Positions 45,839 through 54,808 of a stretch of 64,000 nt of DNA are shown piece by piece (within the stretch, counting starts at the first letter, position 1; the number at the start of each line of letters is the position of its first letter). Position numbers and translations under genes: made by a program. The stretch comes from a virus. Lineage: Duplodnaviria > Caudoviricetes. The DNA lies in IMG/VR virus record IMGVR_UViG_3300018472_000401, positions 1-64,000 of that record; one strand, given 5' to 3'. The notes beneath the pieces are model-generated. The model made no database searches, was not told the DNA's origin, and saw only the letters and a program-made list of their open reading frames with translations.

Positions 45839-46710
45839 TCGTCATTGCAATTTCTGTTGTTAGCATTATATCTCTTGGCAGCAGCCTGTTCGGGCTTGTT
45901 GTCGTAATTTCCCTCATAGACCTTGACCCAGTTCTTGTCGTTCTCGAAAAGCCAGTCGAAAGATGCTTTCCAGCCTCGCTTGTTGTCGCCTTTCAGGAAC
46001 TTGCTCTGCTGCATCTTCTCGAAAATCTGCTTAATCAACGGGAGAGCCTTTTCCAAGCCGCCCATTTCCGCAATGCGGATGCGCATCTTGTTTTTACGTG
46101 GTTCGGAGAGCGTGTACAATTTCGGGAAGCCCGTGCAGGTTTCATTCCACATAGCCTTTATGTCCTTAAATGGCAATTTCTCTGCTTTGGGCTTTTCCGG
46201 CTCAACGGCTTGTGCCTCGTCAGAGGCAGAAGAAAGTTGGTCGTTAGACCCACTCTCTTGCTTAATATCTTTGATATTATATTCTTTACTTCTTATATTC
46301 TTTACTTCTGTACTTGTGGTCGTTTGGCTGGTCGTTTTGTCGGTCGTTTGCAGGTCGTTTGTTAGTCGCTCTGCTGGTCTTTCTGCTGGTCGATTGATAA
46401 CATCATCACTTTGGTATTCATCATATTTACAAATAGTTATGACCGAATATTTGTTGGTCGCTTTGATGGATATTTCGCCAGTCGTTTTCAGTCGTGAAAG
46501 GCACGTCCTTATCTTACGGTCTGTCAGTCGTAAATCCTTGCACATTTTATCACGGCTGGTTATCAACTGACCACGCTTTATGGTAACGCCCCTCCAAACA
46601 ACATCCTTGTAGTTTGCGTTCAGCAATAGATACAGGAACAACTGCACCATTTCTGCAATATCGAACCATTCCCATTGCAGAAACTTATTGTATATTTTAA
46701 TCCATGCCAT
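45829..46710 (-). CDS. Phage replication initiator
   Basis: N-terminal winged-helix-like region (WIKIY...KRGQLITS); C-terminal GWKASFDWL...EGNYD; internal iterons. Confidence 0.8.
   Translation of the reverse strand: MAWIKIYNKFLQWEWFDIAEMVQLFLYLLLNANYKDVVWRGVTIKRGQLITSRDKMCKDLRLTDRKIRTCLSRLKTTGEISIKATNKYSVITICKYDEYQSDDVINRPAERPAERLTNDLQTTDKTTSQTTTSTEVKNIRSKEYNIKDIKQESGSNDQLSSASDEAQAVEPEKPKAEKLPFKDIKAMWNETCTGFPKLYTLSEPRKNKMRIRIAEMGGLEKALPLIKQIFEKMQQSKFLKGDNKRGWKASFDWLFENDKNWVKVYEGNYDNKPEQAAAKRYNANNRNCNDEWK
46261..46395. repeat. Probable replication origin: iterons plus AT-rich element inside the initiator gene
   Basis: GGTCGTTT at 46318, 46330, 46342 and 46353, with degenerate copies at ~46364, 46376 and 46388 (11-12 nt period); adjacent AT-rich tract with ATTCTTTACTTCT twice. 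Confidence 0.7.
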
Positions 46711-46719
46711 ATCGCTAAC

Positions 46720-47874
46720 TTATTTTCTAAAGTAAACATTCGTCAGTTGCCTATACCCGGAGAATACAGCCCATATACCCGGCTTTGTCTGCCGCATCAT
46801 CAACTCGTCAACCCTGCCGAAACGCTTGTAGTTTCCGCATAAATCAACCACCCAACTGACCTTATCCTTGTACGGACGGATAGCCCTGCCGCACATCTGA
46901 TAATACAGAGCCAGCGACATAGTCGGTCGGGCAAGTACCACGGTGGAAAGTTCCGGGAAGTCGAAACCCGTTGTCAGGACACCCACATTTGCCACTACGC
47001 TGATTTTTTTCTGCTTGAACAACCGAAGTATTGCCTCACGGTCTGCCTTGCTCGTATCGCTGCTTACGACTGCCGCAGAAGCACCGCAGTTCCTCGCCAC
47101 ATACTCCGCTTCCTCGATGAACCGGGTAAACACCAGTATCGAAGTCCTCCCGGCTACCAAGAGCCGCTGGATGATGTTCTCCAACGTGTCGTTGAACTTG
47201 ATTTCCCGATAGTATCGCCTTACGCTGGCATCGGTATAATCAGCCCCGGTGCTGTTTACTTTCAGTCGGCTGGTATCTACCACGTTCAACTGGTAATAGT
47301 TCATGTTGGCGAGGTAGCCCCGGTTCAGGAGCGTTTTCACGTCCACGTGGTAAAGCACATCATTGAAAATTCTTGGGTTCGTCCTCGTGATGAAACGGAG
47401 CATTGAACCGTAGAACCTGTTTGAGTAAAGGCGGTACGGGGTTGCCGTCAGTCCTAAAACCTTGCACTGGATTGTTTCGATGAAGTCCTTGTACATTCCT
47501 GCCTCTGCATTGACATAGTGGCACTCGTCAATGATAACGTAGCGGAAACGCCTGAAATAGTCCTTGCAGTTCTTTACGCTCCCTATGGTCGCAAAGGTGA
47601 TTTTCTGAACCTCCTTGCGGTTGAATGAAGCCGAGAATATCCCGACATGGAAAACACCGTAGGAGCAAAGTTTCTCGTAGTTCTGCTCCAATATCTCCTT
47701 TGAGGGCTGGAATATCAGCACCGGGGCATCAAGCCGGGCGGCAATATCTGCAATGACAAGGCTTTTCCCTGCGCCCGTTGGAAGCACAATGATACCGTTT
47801 TTCTTGTCGTTCCGCTGAAAGAACGACACTGCGGCATCGGAAGCCTGTTGTTGATAATCTCTTAACTGATACAT
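46720..47874 (-). CDS. SF2 DEAD/DEAH-box helicase
   Basis: PTGAGKS, DECH, TAT, LTTGFD and QMCGRAIR motifs. Confidence 0.9.
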   Translation of the reverse strand: MYQLRDYQQQASDAAVSFFQRNDKKNGIIVLPTGAGKSLVIADIAARLDAPVLIFQPSKEILEQNYEKLCSYGVFHVGIFSASFNRKEVQKITFATIGSVKNCKDYFRRFRYVIIDECHYVNAEAGMYKDFIETIQCKVLGLTATPYRLYSNRFYGSMLRFITRTNPRIFNDVLYHVDVKTLLNRGYLANMNYYQLNVVDTSRLKVNSTGADYTDASVRRYYREIKFNDTLENIIQRLLVAGRTSILVFTRFIEEAEYVARNCGASAAVVSSDTSKADREAILRLFKQKKISVVANVGVLTTGFDFPELSTVVLARPTMSLALYYQMCGRAIRPYKDKVSWVVDLCGNYKRFGRVDELMMRQTKPGIWAVFSGYRQLTNVYFRK

Positions 47875-47893
47875 ATATTGTTGTCTAAATTAG

Positions 47894-47946
47894 TGCCGTA
47901 GGCAGGGGTCAAACCTGCAATCGCTGTCAAAGTCCAGCCCTACGGC
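47894..47946 (-). ncRNA. Minimal three-way tRNA-like element
   Basis: GCCGTAG/CTACGGC stem, GCTG-N8-CAGC arm, GCAGG-TTTGACC-CCTGC T-like arm. Confidence 0.45.
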
Positions 47947-47968
47947 TACCGTTTAGTTCACGGCTCGT

Positions 47969-48712
47969 TTACTGCTCGATAATCACGATGTCCGGACAGC
48001 GTTCCTTGATGCGCTCCAGCACGGCATCAATCTCACGGTCACGCATTTCTTCCACGAGGTCGTTTGCCTCCGGGGAAACGAGTGTGCAGGAGAAGTCGGA
48101 CGGGTTCACGTACACCTCCACAGCGATTGTCTGCTTGGCAGTTCCCTTGAAGATGGGCAGAATGAGGGTGAACGCCTCCGGCAGATTGTGTTCCACAGCC
48201 TGGTTAATCAGGATGCGTCTGTCGCCACGGTTGTTGTTGCTCTGCTCAATCTCCTTATCGACCTTTGCCTTGAAGTTCTGCAAGTCCGTTACCAGCTTCA
48301 TGGCGACTGACTTGTTCTCGAAGAATGAGCGGTTCATCTTGATGAGTTCAGCCATTTCAAAATTGGTGATGTACTCTCCCTCATTGATGCCGAAACGCTT
48401 GTACTCCGGGGAGAGGGTCAGAGAGCCAACAACGAGAGTGCCGTAGTGGTTATTCTCGTTGCACTGCAGGGCGATTGTCAACTGCTCACGGTTCACAATC
48501 ACGTGGCAGGTCTTTTCCTTGATGCAGTCGAAACGTGTTTCCAGCCAACGGGCAGCGGCATCAATCGTACCCTGTATCTTAACCTTGACAGGCTCTTTCA
48601 GTTCCACTGCCTTACCCTCACGGATAACGATTTCACCCACGCCAGCAGGAAGTCCGTTGGCTACCATTTCAGCAATCTGCTTCTTTACTTCTTCTTTGAT
48701 TTTCTGTTCCAT
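47969..48712 (-). CDS. Hypothetical protein (DUF2303-like)
   Basis: ORF; LPEAFTLILPIFKG motif. Confidence 0.6.
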   Translation of the reverse strand: MEQKIKEEVKKQIAEMVANGLPAGVGEIVIREGKAVELKEPVKVKIQGTIDAAARWLETRFDCIKEKTCHVIVNREQLTIALQCNENNHYGTLVVGSLTLSPEYKRFGINEGEYITNFEMAELIKMNRSFFENKSVAMKLVTDLQNFKAKVDKEIEQSNNNRGDRRILINQAVEHNLPEAFTLILPIFKGTAKQTIAVEVYVNPSDFSCTLVSPEANDLVEEMRDREIDAVLERIKERCPDIVIIEQ

Positions 48713-48747
48713 TTTGATGTAATTTTGAATGTTTATAAATTGGTTGA

Positions 48748-49176
48748 TTAGCCCTCAGTGCCAGTTCTCAAAACCGGGGAAAACATGCTCTTCTGCATTT
48801 CCTCCGGGCGACCGGGGCGGCAGTAAACAAGCAAGCCCTCACGGTTGTAGTAGCCCACTTCACGGGTTTCCGTGTCAACGAACTTGAAGCAAGCCTCCGT
48901 GACAAACTCACTCTTGGCTTTCAGTTTCCCGGTTACTTCATCGTTGCTCTCCTCCAACTGCTTGATTTGGTCGTTGAACTCCTTGTTGGCGGCTTTCTTG
49001 TCGGCACGGACATCACGCAGTTGGATGTTGTTCTCAACAAGGCGGTCTTTCAGTGCCTCGATTTCCTCATTCGGAAGCTGCTTCGTGTAGCCCAAATCCT
49101 CGACCGCATCGCAGTTGTCACGCAGAAAGTCAATTCTTGCCTTTCCCTCGTACTCTTGTCCTAAAACTTTATCCAT
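48748..49176 (-). CDS. Hypothetical protein
   Basis: Coiled-coil ORF in the early operon. Confidence 0.65.
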   Translation of the reverse strand: MDKVLGQEYEGKARIDFLRDNCDAVEDLGYTKQLPNEEIEALKDRLVENNIQLRDVRADKKAANKEFNDQIKQLEESNDEVTGKLKAKSEFVTEACFKFVDTETREVGYYNREGLLVYCRPGRPEEMQKSMFSPVLRTGTEG

Positions 49177-49192
49177 ATTGAATTGAATTTAT

Positions 49193-49214
49193 GGGGCAGC
49201 GGAATTGCCGCCCC
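49193..49214 (-). other. GC-rich hairpin 3' of the VR2 gene
   Basis: GGGGCGGC-AATTCC-GCTGCCCC. Confidence 0.5.
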
Positions 49215-49225
49215 GGTTAGTAATC

Positions 49226-49774
49226 TTATTTCTCTTCCTCCGGCTTGAAAACATAATCAGCCCAAATCTCAACGAACTGGCGACCTGCGTATTCCGAAAG
49301 TTCACTTGTCTTGAAGGCAAGCCGAGAACCAATGCCCGTGCTCGTGTCCGATGAATCGTTGTACGTGAGCGCATACGCAACACCGCCATACGCATTCGCA
49401 TAGCCGTCCGACCGATACACCACACGGCTTTTCTCTTCCTCACTCATTTCGTCAATCTCCGACTGGGTATAGAGGTAGAACCACGGGAAATAGCGGTATT
49501 CATCCGTAGTGAACTGGGGCTTCCAGCCCTCGTTGAGAGCCGCTGCGATGATGCGCAGTTTCAGGTAGGCGATTACATCGGCTTCAAGTCCGAGGTCTTT
49601 CTTGTCCTGCACCCACTTGTCATGCTCAATGCCTAATTCATTACAGGCATCCTTGAATGTCTTGACACGCTCCATTACGTTTTGGGGCTTCTCGTCCACG
49701 AGTGTTAGCACTCCGTTTACCCATTCGGGCTTCTTGCCGTTAGGCACTTCGATTTCAATCTTTTTTGAGTTCAT
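49226..49774 (-). CDS. Small early protein, remote DGR target 2
   Basis: C-terminal RVVYRS...GSRLAF region encoded by VR2. Confidence 0.85.
   Translation of the reverse strand: MNSKKIEIEVPNGKKPEWVNGVLTLVDEKPQNVMERVKTFKDACNELGIEHDKWVQDKKDLGLEADVIAYLKLRIIAAALNEGWKPQFTTDEYRYFPWFYLYTQSEIDEMSEEEKSRVVYRSDGYANAYGGVAYALTYNDSSDTSTGIGSRLAFKTSELSEYAGRQFVEIWADYVFKPEEEK
49317..49427 (-). repeat. DGR variable repeat VR2
   Basis: 111-nt alignment to TR 5573-5683 with 12 mismatches, all at TR adenines; same CTTGCCTTC 3' end as VR1. Confidence 0.95.
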
Positions 49775-49955
49775 CTTTTAATCGTTTTACAAGTTGATAA
49801 TCAATTTCTTTGTTGTCTTTTAACTTCCTGACAAGCAATCCAGCACGGCGTTTGAGGTTATACACCCGATTGCTGCCCTTATCGGCTGTCAACTCGATAA
49901 ATGAGGTCAGGAAGTCAATAACATCTTGCCGCTGCTGGTTGCTTATCATGTGCAT
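49755..49955 (-). CDS. Hypothetical protein
   Basis: ORF. Confidence 0.5.
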   Translation of the reverse strand: MHMISNQQRQDVIDFLTSFIELTADKGSNRVYNLKRRAGLLVRKLKDNKEIDYQLVKRLKDELKKD

Positions 49956-49966
49956 ATCTTCGGACT

Positions 49967-50257
49967 TTAGAATGGCAAATCATCCTCATTGCCGGAAGCG
50001 GTGGAAGCACCTTGCGCTCCCGTAGCGTTATTGTTCTGATAACTGCTTGGCTTCAATTCCCCAATGTAGTAGTTCACGCCCTCACGCTGCTGCTCCTTTT
50101 TGCAGTGAGCCTTGACATAGTGGGTCATTCCGAACTGCGATACCTCTCTGCGCTTGTTTACCACGATATTGAGGTACTTCTTGCCGTTCTTGCCGACCGT
50201 GATAAGTTCTTTTGGAATGTCCGTCAGGCATAGGCTTCCGTACAGGTTCTCTTCCAT
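49967..50257 (-). CDS. Hypothetical protein, possibly SSB-like
   Basis: Acidic DDLPF C-terminal tail; next to the recombination genes. Confidence 0.5.
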   Translation of the reverse strand: MEENLYGSLCLTDIPKELITVGKNGKKYLNIVVNKRREVSQFGMTHYVKAHCKKEQQREGVNYYIGELKPSSYQNNNATGAQGASTASGNEDDLPF

Positions 50258-51216
50258 TATTTGAGCAAAAATCTACGTGAACCGGGAACTTGATACTGGT
50301 AGTTTGCGTAGAGTTCCGGTTTGTCTGCTGCAAACTGCTTTTCGTTAAACTTCGTGCTGTCCTTTGCCGCTTTCCATGTGGCGAGGATGGTTGGCTTTGC
50401 TTTGTTCACTCCGGGAGCAACAAGAGCCTCCGCATCACCGATAGCCATCTTGATGGTATTTTCAAGTTCTTTCTTGCGGCTGTCAAGCCCTCCAAGTTCC
50501 TCCTTGATGGTCTTTAGTTCTGAACACATGGCAATCAGTTCATCGTCTGCCTCCACGCTCTTGCCGACAACGTGTCTTGGGTTCTTCAGGAGGACATCTT
50601 CAACACTGGAAAGGAGCGGTTCTTGCTTGCCCACGATGTTGTCAGTCCAAAACTTATCAACCTCCTCAATCATGTAGTCGTAAAATTCCTTGTCGAACAT
50701 CATATCACGGTAGCCGAACTCACGCCCCATAGTGAGCCATGCAAGCGCACCCTGTTCCAGTTCTGCAACGCCCAACTGATACTGGAGTTGGCAGAACCAG
50801 TGCTGCGGCAGGCTGTCCGCATCGACCTCCATCTGTGTTGTCTTGCACTCCAAGATACCCTTGTTGCGGTCTGACTTGGGTCTGCCCGGTATCCAAAACG
50901 TGCGGTCAGGGGACACACGCAGGTACTGCTTTTCGTTATTTACTATAAGCCAGTCCCCAGCGGAAGCCTTGATAATCTCCTTGCCTGTCTCATCACGGTA
51001 GAAAAGGCTTACGGCATCTTCGAGGTAATGCCCGGCTTTCATTGCGAAGTTCTCTTGCTTCGGAGCGTCCAGCCCCATTTTCCTGCGCCATAACTGATAC
51101 GGGGTTTCAAACGGGTTCAAGCCGAGGATTGTTCCTACTTCCGATGAACCGATACCGCTCTCACGGTGTTTCAACCACTCTTGGCGGTCTTTTGGTCTGA
51201 TGATTGTGTAGCTCAT
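50257..51216 (-). CDS. YqaJ/lambda-exonuclease-like nuclease (start MSYT at 51216)
   Basis: EWLKHR..GIGSSEV, SPDR and LECKT motifs. Confidence 0.85.
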   Translation of the reverse strand: MSYTIIRPKDRQEWLKHRESGIGSSEVGTILGLNPFETPYQLWRRKMGLDAPKQENFAMKAGHYLEDAVSLFYRDETGKEIIKASAGDWLIVNNEKQYLRVSPDRTFWIPGRPKSDRNKGILECKTTQMEVDADSLPQHWFCQLQYQLGVAELEQGALAWLTMGREFGYRDMMFDKEFYDYMIEEVDKFWTDNIVGKQEPLLSSVEDVLLKNPRHVVGKSVEADDELIAMCSELKTIKEELGGLDSRKKELENTIKMAIGDAEALVAPGVNKAKPTILATWKAAKDSTKFNEKQFAADKPELYANYQYQVPGSRRFLLK

Positions 51217-51217
51217 A

Positions 51218-51472
51218 TTATCTGCAAAGTTTTTCAAGTAACATACTCATATCAGCATCACGGAAGATTTTAGCGGCTACACCGCCATCCATCTTTGTTC
51301 GCTTCACGGCTTCAACAAGGAGTTTTCCACTACCCATTACGGCAACAGAAGTTTTGCACTTTGTTTCCTCCTCATTGCGTTCTTTTTCTTCGATTGCAAT
51401 TACCAAGATTTCACGTTTTTTACCCTCTTCATTCTGCCAAGTCTCAATGGCTGATTTCAAATTTTCTGTCAT
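51218..51472 (-). CDS. Hypothetical protein; 18-nt sRNA-complementary site upstream
   Basis: CGCAAGCTCCACAACAAC (51499-51482), 9 nt before the ATG. Confidence 0.65.
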   Translation of the reverse strand: MTENLKSAIETWQNEEGKKREILVIAIEEKERNEEETKCKTSVAVMGSGKLLVEAVKRTKMDGGVAAKIFRDADMSMLLEKLCR

Positions 51473-51511
51473 AATTTTGATGTTGTTGTGGAGCTTGCGC
51501 CCCGGTTGATA

Positions 51512-52393
51512 TTATTGTTTAATTTCTCCTGTTTCCTTATCGACATTTTCCGGCACATCGTCACTCTTCGTCTTGCCCTGTCGCTTTTGAGCCGCCAAAG
51601 CCTTTTCCTTGGCTTCCTCCGACTTCTTCTTTGCTTCGGCAGCTTGTCGCTTCTCCTGAATAGGCTTCATGAAACTTTCCTCAACGGTGGTCGTTCCCTC
51701 CTTGATAGCGTTGGCGGTAGCACGGAGTTCAAACACTGCCTCCTTGTCGATTTCCTCACGCTTCTTCAATCCGAGATATTCAAGCAGAAGTTCCTCTGAC
51801 ACTCCGAGTTTAGCGAAGTATTGTATCATGTTCTGACGGCTTGTTTCGAGGTCGAGGGACTGACCGAGCGCAACTTGCTTGACATCGGCAATTACTCGCT
51901 TGGTAACAGCTTTAGGCACGATTTTCAAGACGGCATTACGGAAAGCAATCGCACTGGCAGCATTACCCGTAACCACCTGCATATCCTCCGAAAAAGTTTT
52001 GCCGTACTTGTCGGTAATTCTGCGCTTGACCTCAACGCTCACGGCTACGTTGGTTTCGAGGTCGTGGCAGATGCCCTGCGCTGTTACCGTCTTGCCGTCA
52101 TTGCCGATGATGCGTGTCTGAACACGGAGGTTTCCCCACGCCCCAGCAATGATTTCAGCCATACGGACGGACAACCCCTCAATGGTATTGCTTCCGTTCT
52201 GACCGCCTCTGCGAAGCACATAGAAACAGTCAGAGGCTGTTTCAGTGTCCATAGTTGCGTAGGTCGCAATCTTGTTAAGAACTTCCGGCAGGTTGCGAGG
52301 GTACTGCTTTGCCGTTGATACCTGCATATCAATCTCGCTGCGATTGATAGCCTGCAAGACTTCCGCTTGCTTGATTTCGATAATTTCGCTCAT
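51512..52393 (-). CDS. Putative single-strand annealing recombinase
   Basis: EIDMQVSTAKQYPR...GLSVRMAE..WGN motif; adjacent to the exonuclease. Confidence 0.55.
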   Translation of the reverse strand: MSEIIEIKQAEVLQAINRSEIDMQVSTAKQYPRNLPEVLNKIATYATMDTETASDCFYVLRRGGQNGSNTIEGLSVRMAEIIAGAWGNLRVQTRIIGNDGKTVTAQGICHDLETNVAVSVEVKRRITDKYGKTFSEDMQVVTGNAASAIAFRNAVLKIVPKAVTKRVIADVKQVALGQSLDLETSRQNMIQYFAKLGVSEELLLEYLGLKKREEIDKEAVFELRATANAIKEGTTTVEESFMKPIQEKRQAAEAKKKSEEAKEKALAAQKRQGKTKSDDVPENVDKETGEIKQ

Positions 52394-52432
52394 ATCTCTA
52401 AAATTTTATGCCTTGCGGCTGTTTGTTGTTTC

Positions 52433-52633
52433 TTATAGTTGCGACCTCCAAAATTTAAGTATCTCACGACCTGCGTAGAACTTCCGTGCCGTCAGTTTTC
52501 GGAAGCCGCATTTGATTAGTCCCTGCTCAGTGTACTTGCGGAGGGAGTTGCGGTGGATGCCCAGCACGTTACAGGTTTCAGTTACGGAGTACCTGCCCGT
52601 GTCGCTTACTTGTGGCTCAATGGATGTAATCAT
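52433..52633 (-). CDS. Excisionase-like HTH protein
   Basis: YSVTETCNVLGIHRNSL winged-HTH pattern. Confidence 0.7.
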   Translation of the reverse strand: MITSIEPQVSDTGRYSVTETCNVLGIHRNSLRKYTEQGLIKCGFRKLTARKFYAGREILKFWRSQL

Positions 52634-52839
52634 TTCTTGCCTCCTTTCAGTTCTTTCAGTTCTGCGACCGAGAGGTGCAGCAATCCGTAGGAGAGGAACA
52701 GCATAGCCGCAAAGCAGACAATGTAGAATACTTCCGAGCGCATAAACAATGCTCTAACGATTTGAAATAGCGAGAACAGCACAAAGAATACTGATGCCAC
52801 TACCTGAAACCAACTTCCGATTTTCTCAAACATATCCAT
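52630..52839 (-). CDS. Small membrane protein
   Basis: Two hydrophobic helices. Confidence 0.55.
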   Translation of the reverse strand: MDMFEKIGSWFQVVASVFFVLFSLFQIVRALFMRSEVFYIVCFAAMLFLSYGLLHLSVAELKELKGGKK

Positions 52840-52856
52840 AGCGTAATCTAATTGGT

Positions 52857-53066
52857 TTACTTGTTGCTCTTACATTGATACAGACCGTTATCAATGATAA
52901 TCTTTTTCACTCCGGGAATGGTCATTCCCACACTTTCCGCTATCAGCCCGAAGATGCGATGCGGTCTGCAATCCGGCATTTCGTTAGATAGCTTCAAGAA
53001 ACTATTGCAGATACGTTTGTTCCGCTCGTCCCTTGCCTTTTCAATGGGTGTTCTTACATCAATCAT
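52857..53066 (-). CDS. Cro-like/HTH hypothetical protein
   Basis: Helical, IAESVGMT motif; near the switch. Confidence 0.4.
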   Translation of the reverse strand: MIDVRTPIEKARDERNKRICNSFLKLSNEMPDCRPHRIFGLIAESVGMTIPGVKKIIIDNGLYQCKSNK

Positions 53067-53084
53067 ATCTATCTACTTTTTAAG

Positions 53085-53294
53085 TTATTTATTCAGAGAG
53101 GGGTCGCCATAGTTGGCAACGTGTTCCATTATCCACTCGTAACTATCTTCACCAGGCAAGCAAGCCTGAATGAAATTTGTCTTATCCTTGAACCAGCATC
53201 CAATGCCTTTTACAGCGTATTGTTTTAGGATTTCCCGAAGCTGTCCGAGGTTGTCCCCAGTGAAGTCCGATTTCCAAAATGTTGCTATAATCAT
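53085..53294 (-). CDS. Hypothetical protein, first gene of the early leftward operon
   Basis: ORF after the TAATTTTG promoter. Confidence 0.45.
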   Translation of the reverse strand: MIIATFWKSDFTGDNLGQLREILKQYAVKGIGCWFKDKTNFIQACLPGEDSYEWIMEHVANYGDPSLNK

Positions 53295-53375
53295 ATTTTC
53301 TGCTCAACTTTTTAGTTTACTTTAAATTTTATTTGTATTTTTGAAACCGTTTTATAAACCAGTTTAGAAACACGA

Positions 53376-53430
53376 TGCAAAATTAGAGAATTGTTCCGAC
53401 ATTACAAAATAATTTCGGAACTTTTTTCTA
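53376..53430. promoter_or_regulatory. Genetic switch: leftward -7 box and two inverted 16-bp operators
   Basis: TAATTTTGCA (53385-53376); TAGAGAATTGTTCCGA (53384-53399) and TCGGAACTTTTTTCTA (53415-53430). Confidence 0.65.
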
Positions 53431-53466
53431 AAATAATTTAGAACAACGTGCTAATAGATTGAAAAT

Positions 53467-53844
53467 ATGACGATTAAAGAAAGAACATACTCATTTATAG
53501 AGTACAAGGGCATTACGGTGAAGAAATTTGAGGAACTTTGCGGTCTCTCAAACGGCTATATTTCGTCCATGCGGAAAGGTTTTGGAACTGATAAATTGAA
53601 CAATGTTCTAACAATGTTCCCCGAACTTAATAGAGAATGGTTGCTGTATGGAGAGGGCGAAATGTTGAATCCCAAAGTCATTCAGAACAATCAGAATGGA
53701 GATAACATACAGGGACATTCCGTAACCGTAAACAAAACCGAGAAAGACTATTTGGAAATTATCAAGAGGCAGTCGGAGCAGTTGAGCAAGAGCCAAGAGC
53801 AAATCGACCGCCTCCTATCAATTATTGAGAATTTCGGGAAATGA
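53467..53844 (+). CDS. CI-like HTH repressor
   Basis: XRE HTH (FEELCGLSNGYI), LNREWLLYGEGEM; divergent from the early operon. Confidence 0.8.
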   Translation: MTIKERTYSFIEYKGITVKKFEELCGLSNGYISSMRKGFGTDKLNNVLTMFPELNREWLLYGEGEMLNPKVIQNNQNGDNIQGHSVTVNKTEKDYLEIIKRQSEQLSKSQEQIDRLLSIIENFGK

Positions 53845-54359
53845 TATATGTCCTATTATTTTTAGCGTTTGTCTTTGCTGTTGCATTTTTTCAAGCAAGC
53901 CACAAGAAAAAGCATCAGCCGGATATTGCAGCGTTCAGCGTGGAAGCCCCTAACCGAATACGCATATACAATGAAAGTATGCACCTGCTTGAAACGACAA
54001 ATGTAGCTAAGACTTTCATCGGGCGTGTCCGTGATGTATGCGAGTTTCAGGACTGGGCAGCGGTTCAGGTGCGAATGGGGATGCCGCTAAAGATAGATGG
54101 CAACATATTATCTGCCCGTAGAGATTGCTACGAGTTCATCAACCGCAACGCCCTCCGGGTCGCCCTTGCCGAGGTCGCCCTGTTCAGCAAAGTAGAAAGG
54201 GTAAGCGGTACGAGAATAGACAAGGCTGCGGCACGGGCTTTCGAGGCTATAGACGGGCTTTCTGCTTGCCTTAAGCCAGCAGACAATCAAGGTGAGATTA
54301 AATCGGAATTAGAGAACATGAGAAACTTAGTTGAAGACATCTATTCAAATATACAATGA
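53841..54359 (+). CDS. Membrane-anchored hypothetical protein
   Basis: N-terminal hydrophobic segment. Confidence 0.55.
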   Translation: MIYVLLFLAFVFAVAFFQASHKKKHQPDIAAFSVEAPNRIRIYNESMHLLETTNVAKTFIGRVRDVCEFQDWAAVQVRMGMPLKIDGNILSARRDCYEFINRNALRVALAEVALFSKVERVSGTRIDKAAARAFEAIDGLSACLKPADNQGEIKSELENMRNLVEDIYSNIQ

Positions 54360-54808
54360 TACACGAGCGGTTACTTGACATCATACAATACAAGACCTCC
54401 GGCAAGCAAGCGGACTTTGCCGAGATTATGGGCTGGTCGCCCCAGTACCTCAACAGGCTGACAAAAGGGGAGAGCGGCATCGGCATACGCCCGATAGTTT
54501 CCCTGCTTGAAAAGTTCCCAGAACTTAATGCCCGGTGGCTGTTGCTTGGGGAGGGAGCAATGATAACCTCTGCTGCTGATGAAGTGCGGAAACGCCTTGC
54601 CCGGCTGCTGGAGATTGAGAAGTATATGCCTGTTATGACCCCCGATGAACTCCGGGAGGTCACGGAGGGAAACTGCCAGTTTGATTTGCAGAGCATAAAC
54701 AAGTGGAATGCGCTGCTTGAAAAGAGAAACAAGGAAATCAACGACCGCTTTGCAGCGGCATATAAAAAGCAGGAGGAACTATGCAGACAGGACAAAGCCA
54801 AGTCATAA
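54356..54808 (+). CDS. XRE-family HTH regulator
   Basis: QADFAEIMGWSPQYL; LNARWLLLGEGAM. Confidence 0.75.
   Translation: MIHERLLDIIQYKTSGKQADFAEIMGWSPQYLNRLTKGESGIGIRPIVSLLEKFPELNARWLLLGEGAMITSAADEVRKRLARLLEIEKYMPVMTPDELREVTEGNCQFDLQSINKWNALLEKRNKEINDRFAAAYKKQEELCRQDKAKS

Noticed and set aside
47875-47890. Partial ACAACAA seed match upstream of the helicase start
   Set aside because: Only 7 nt and lacks the CTCC half; not counted as a target
49189-49443. 84-aa ORF resembling the TR-region ORF
   Set aside because: Alternate-frame reading of VR2
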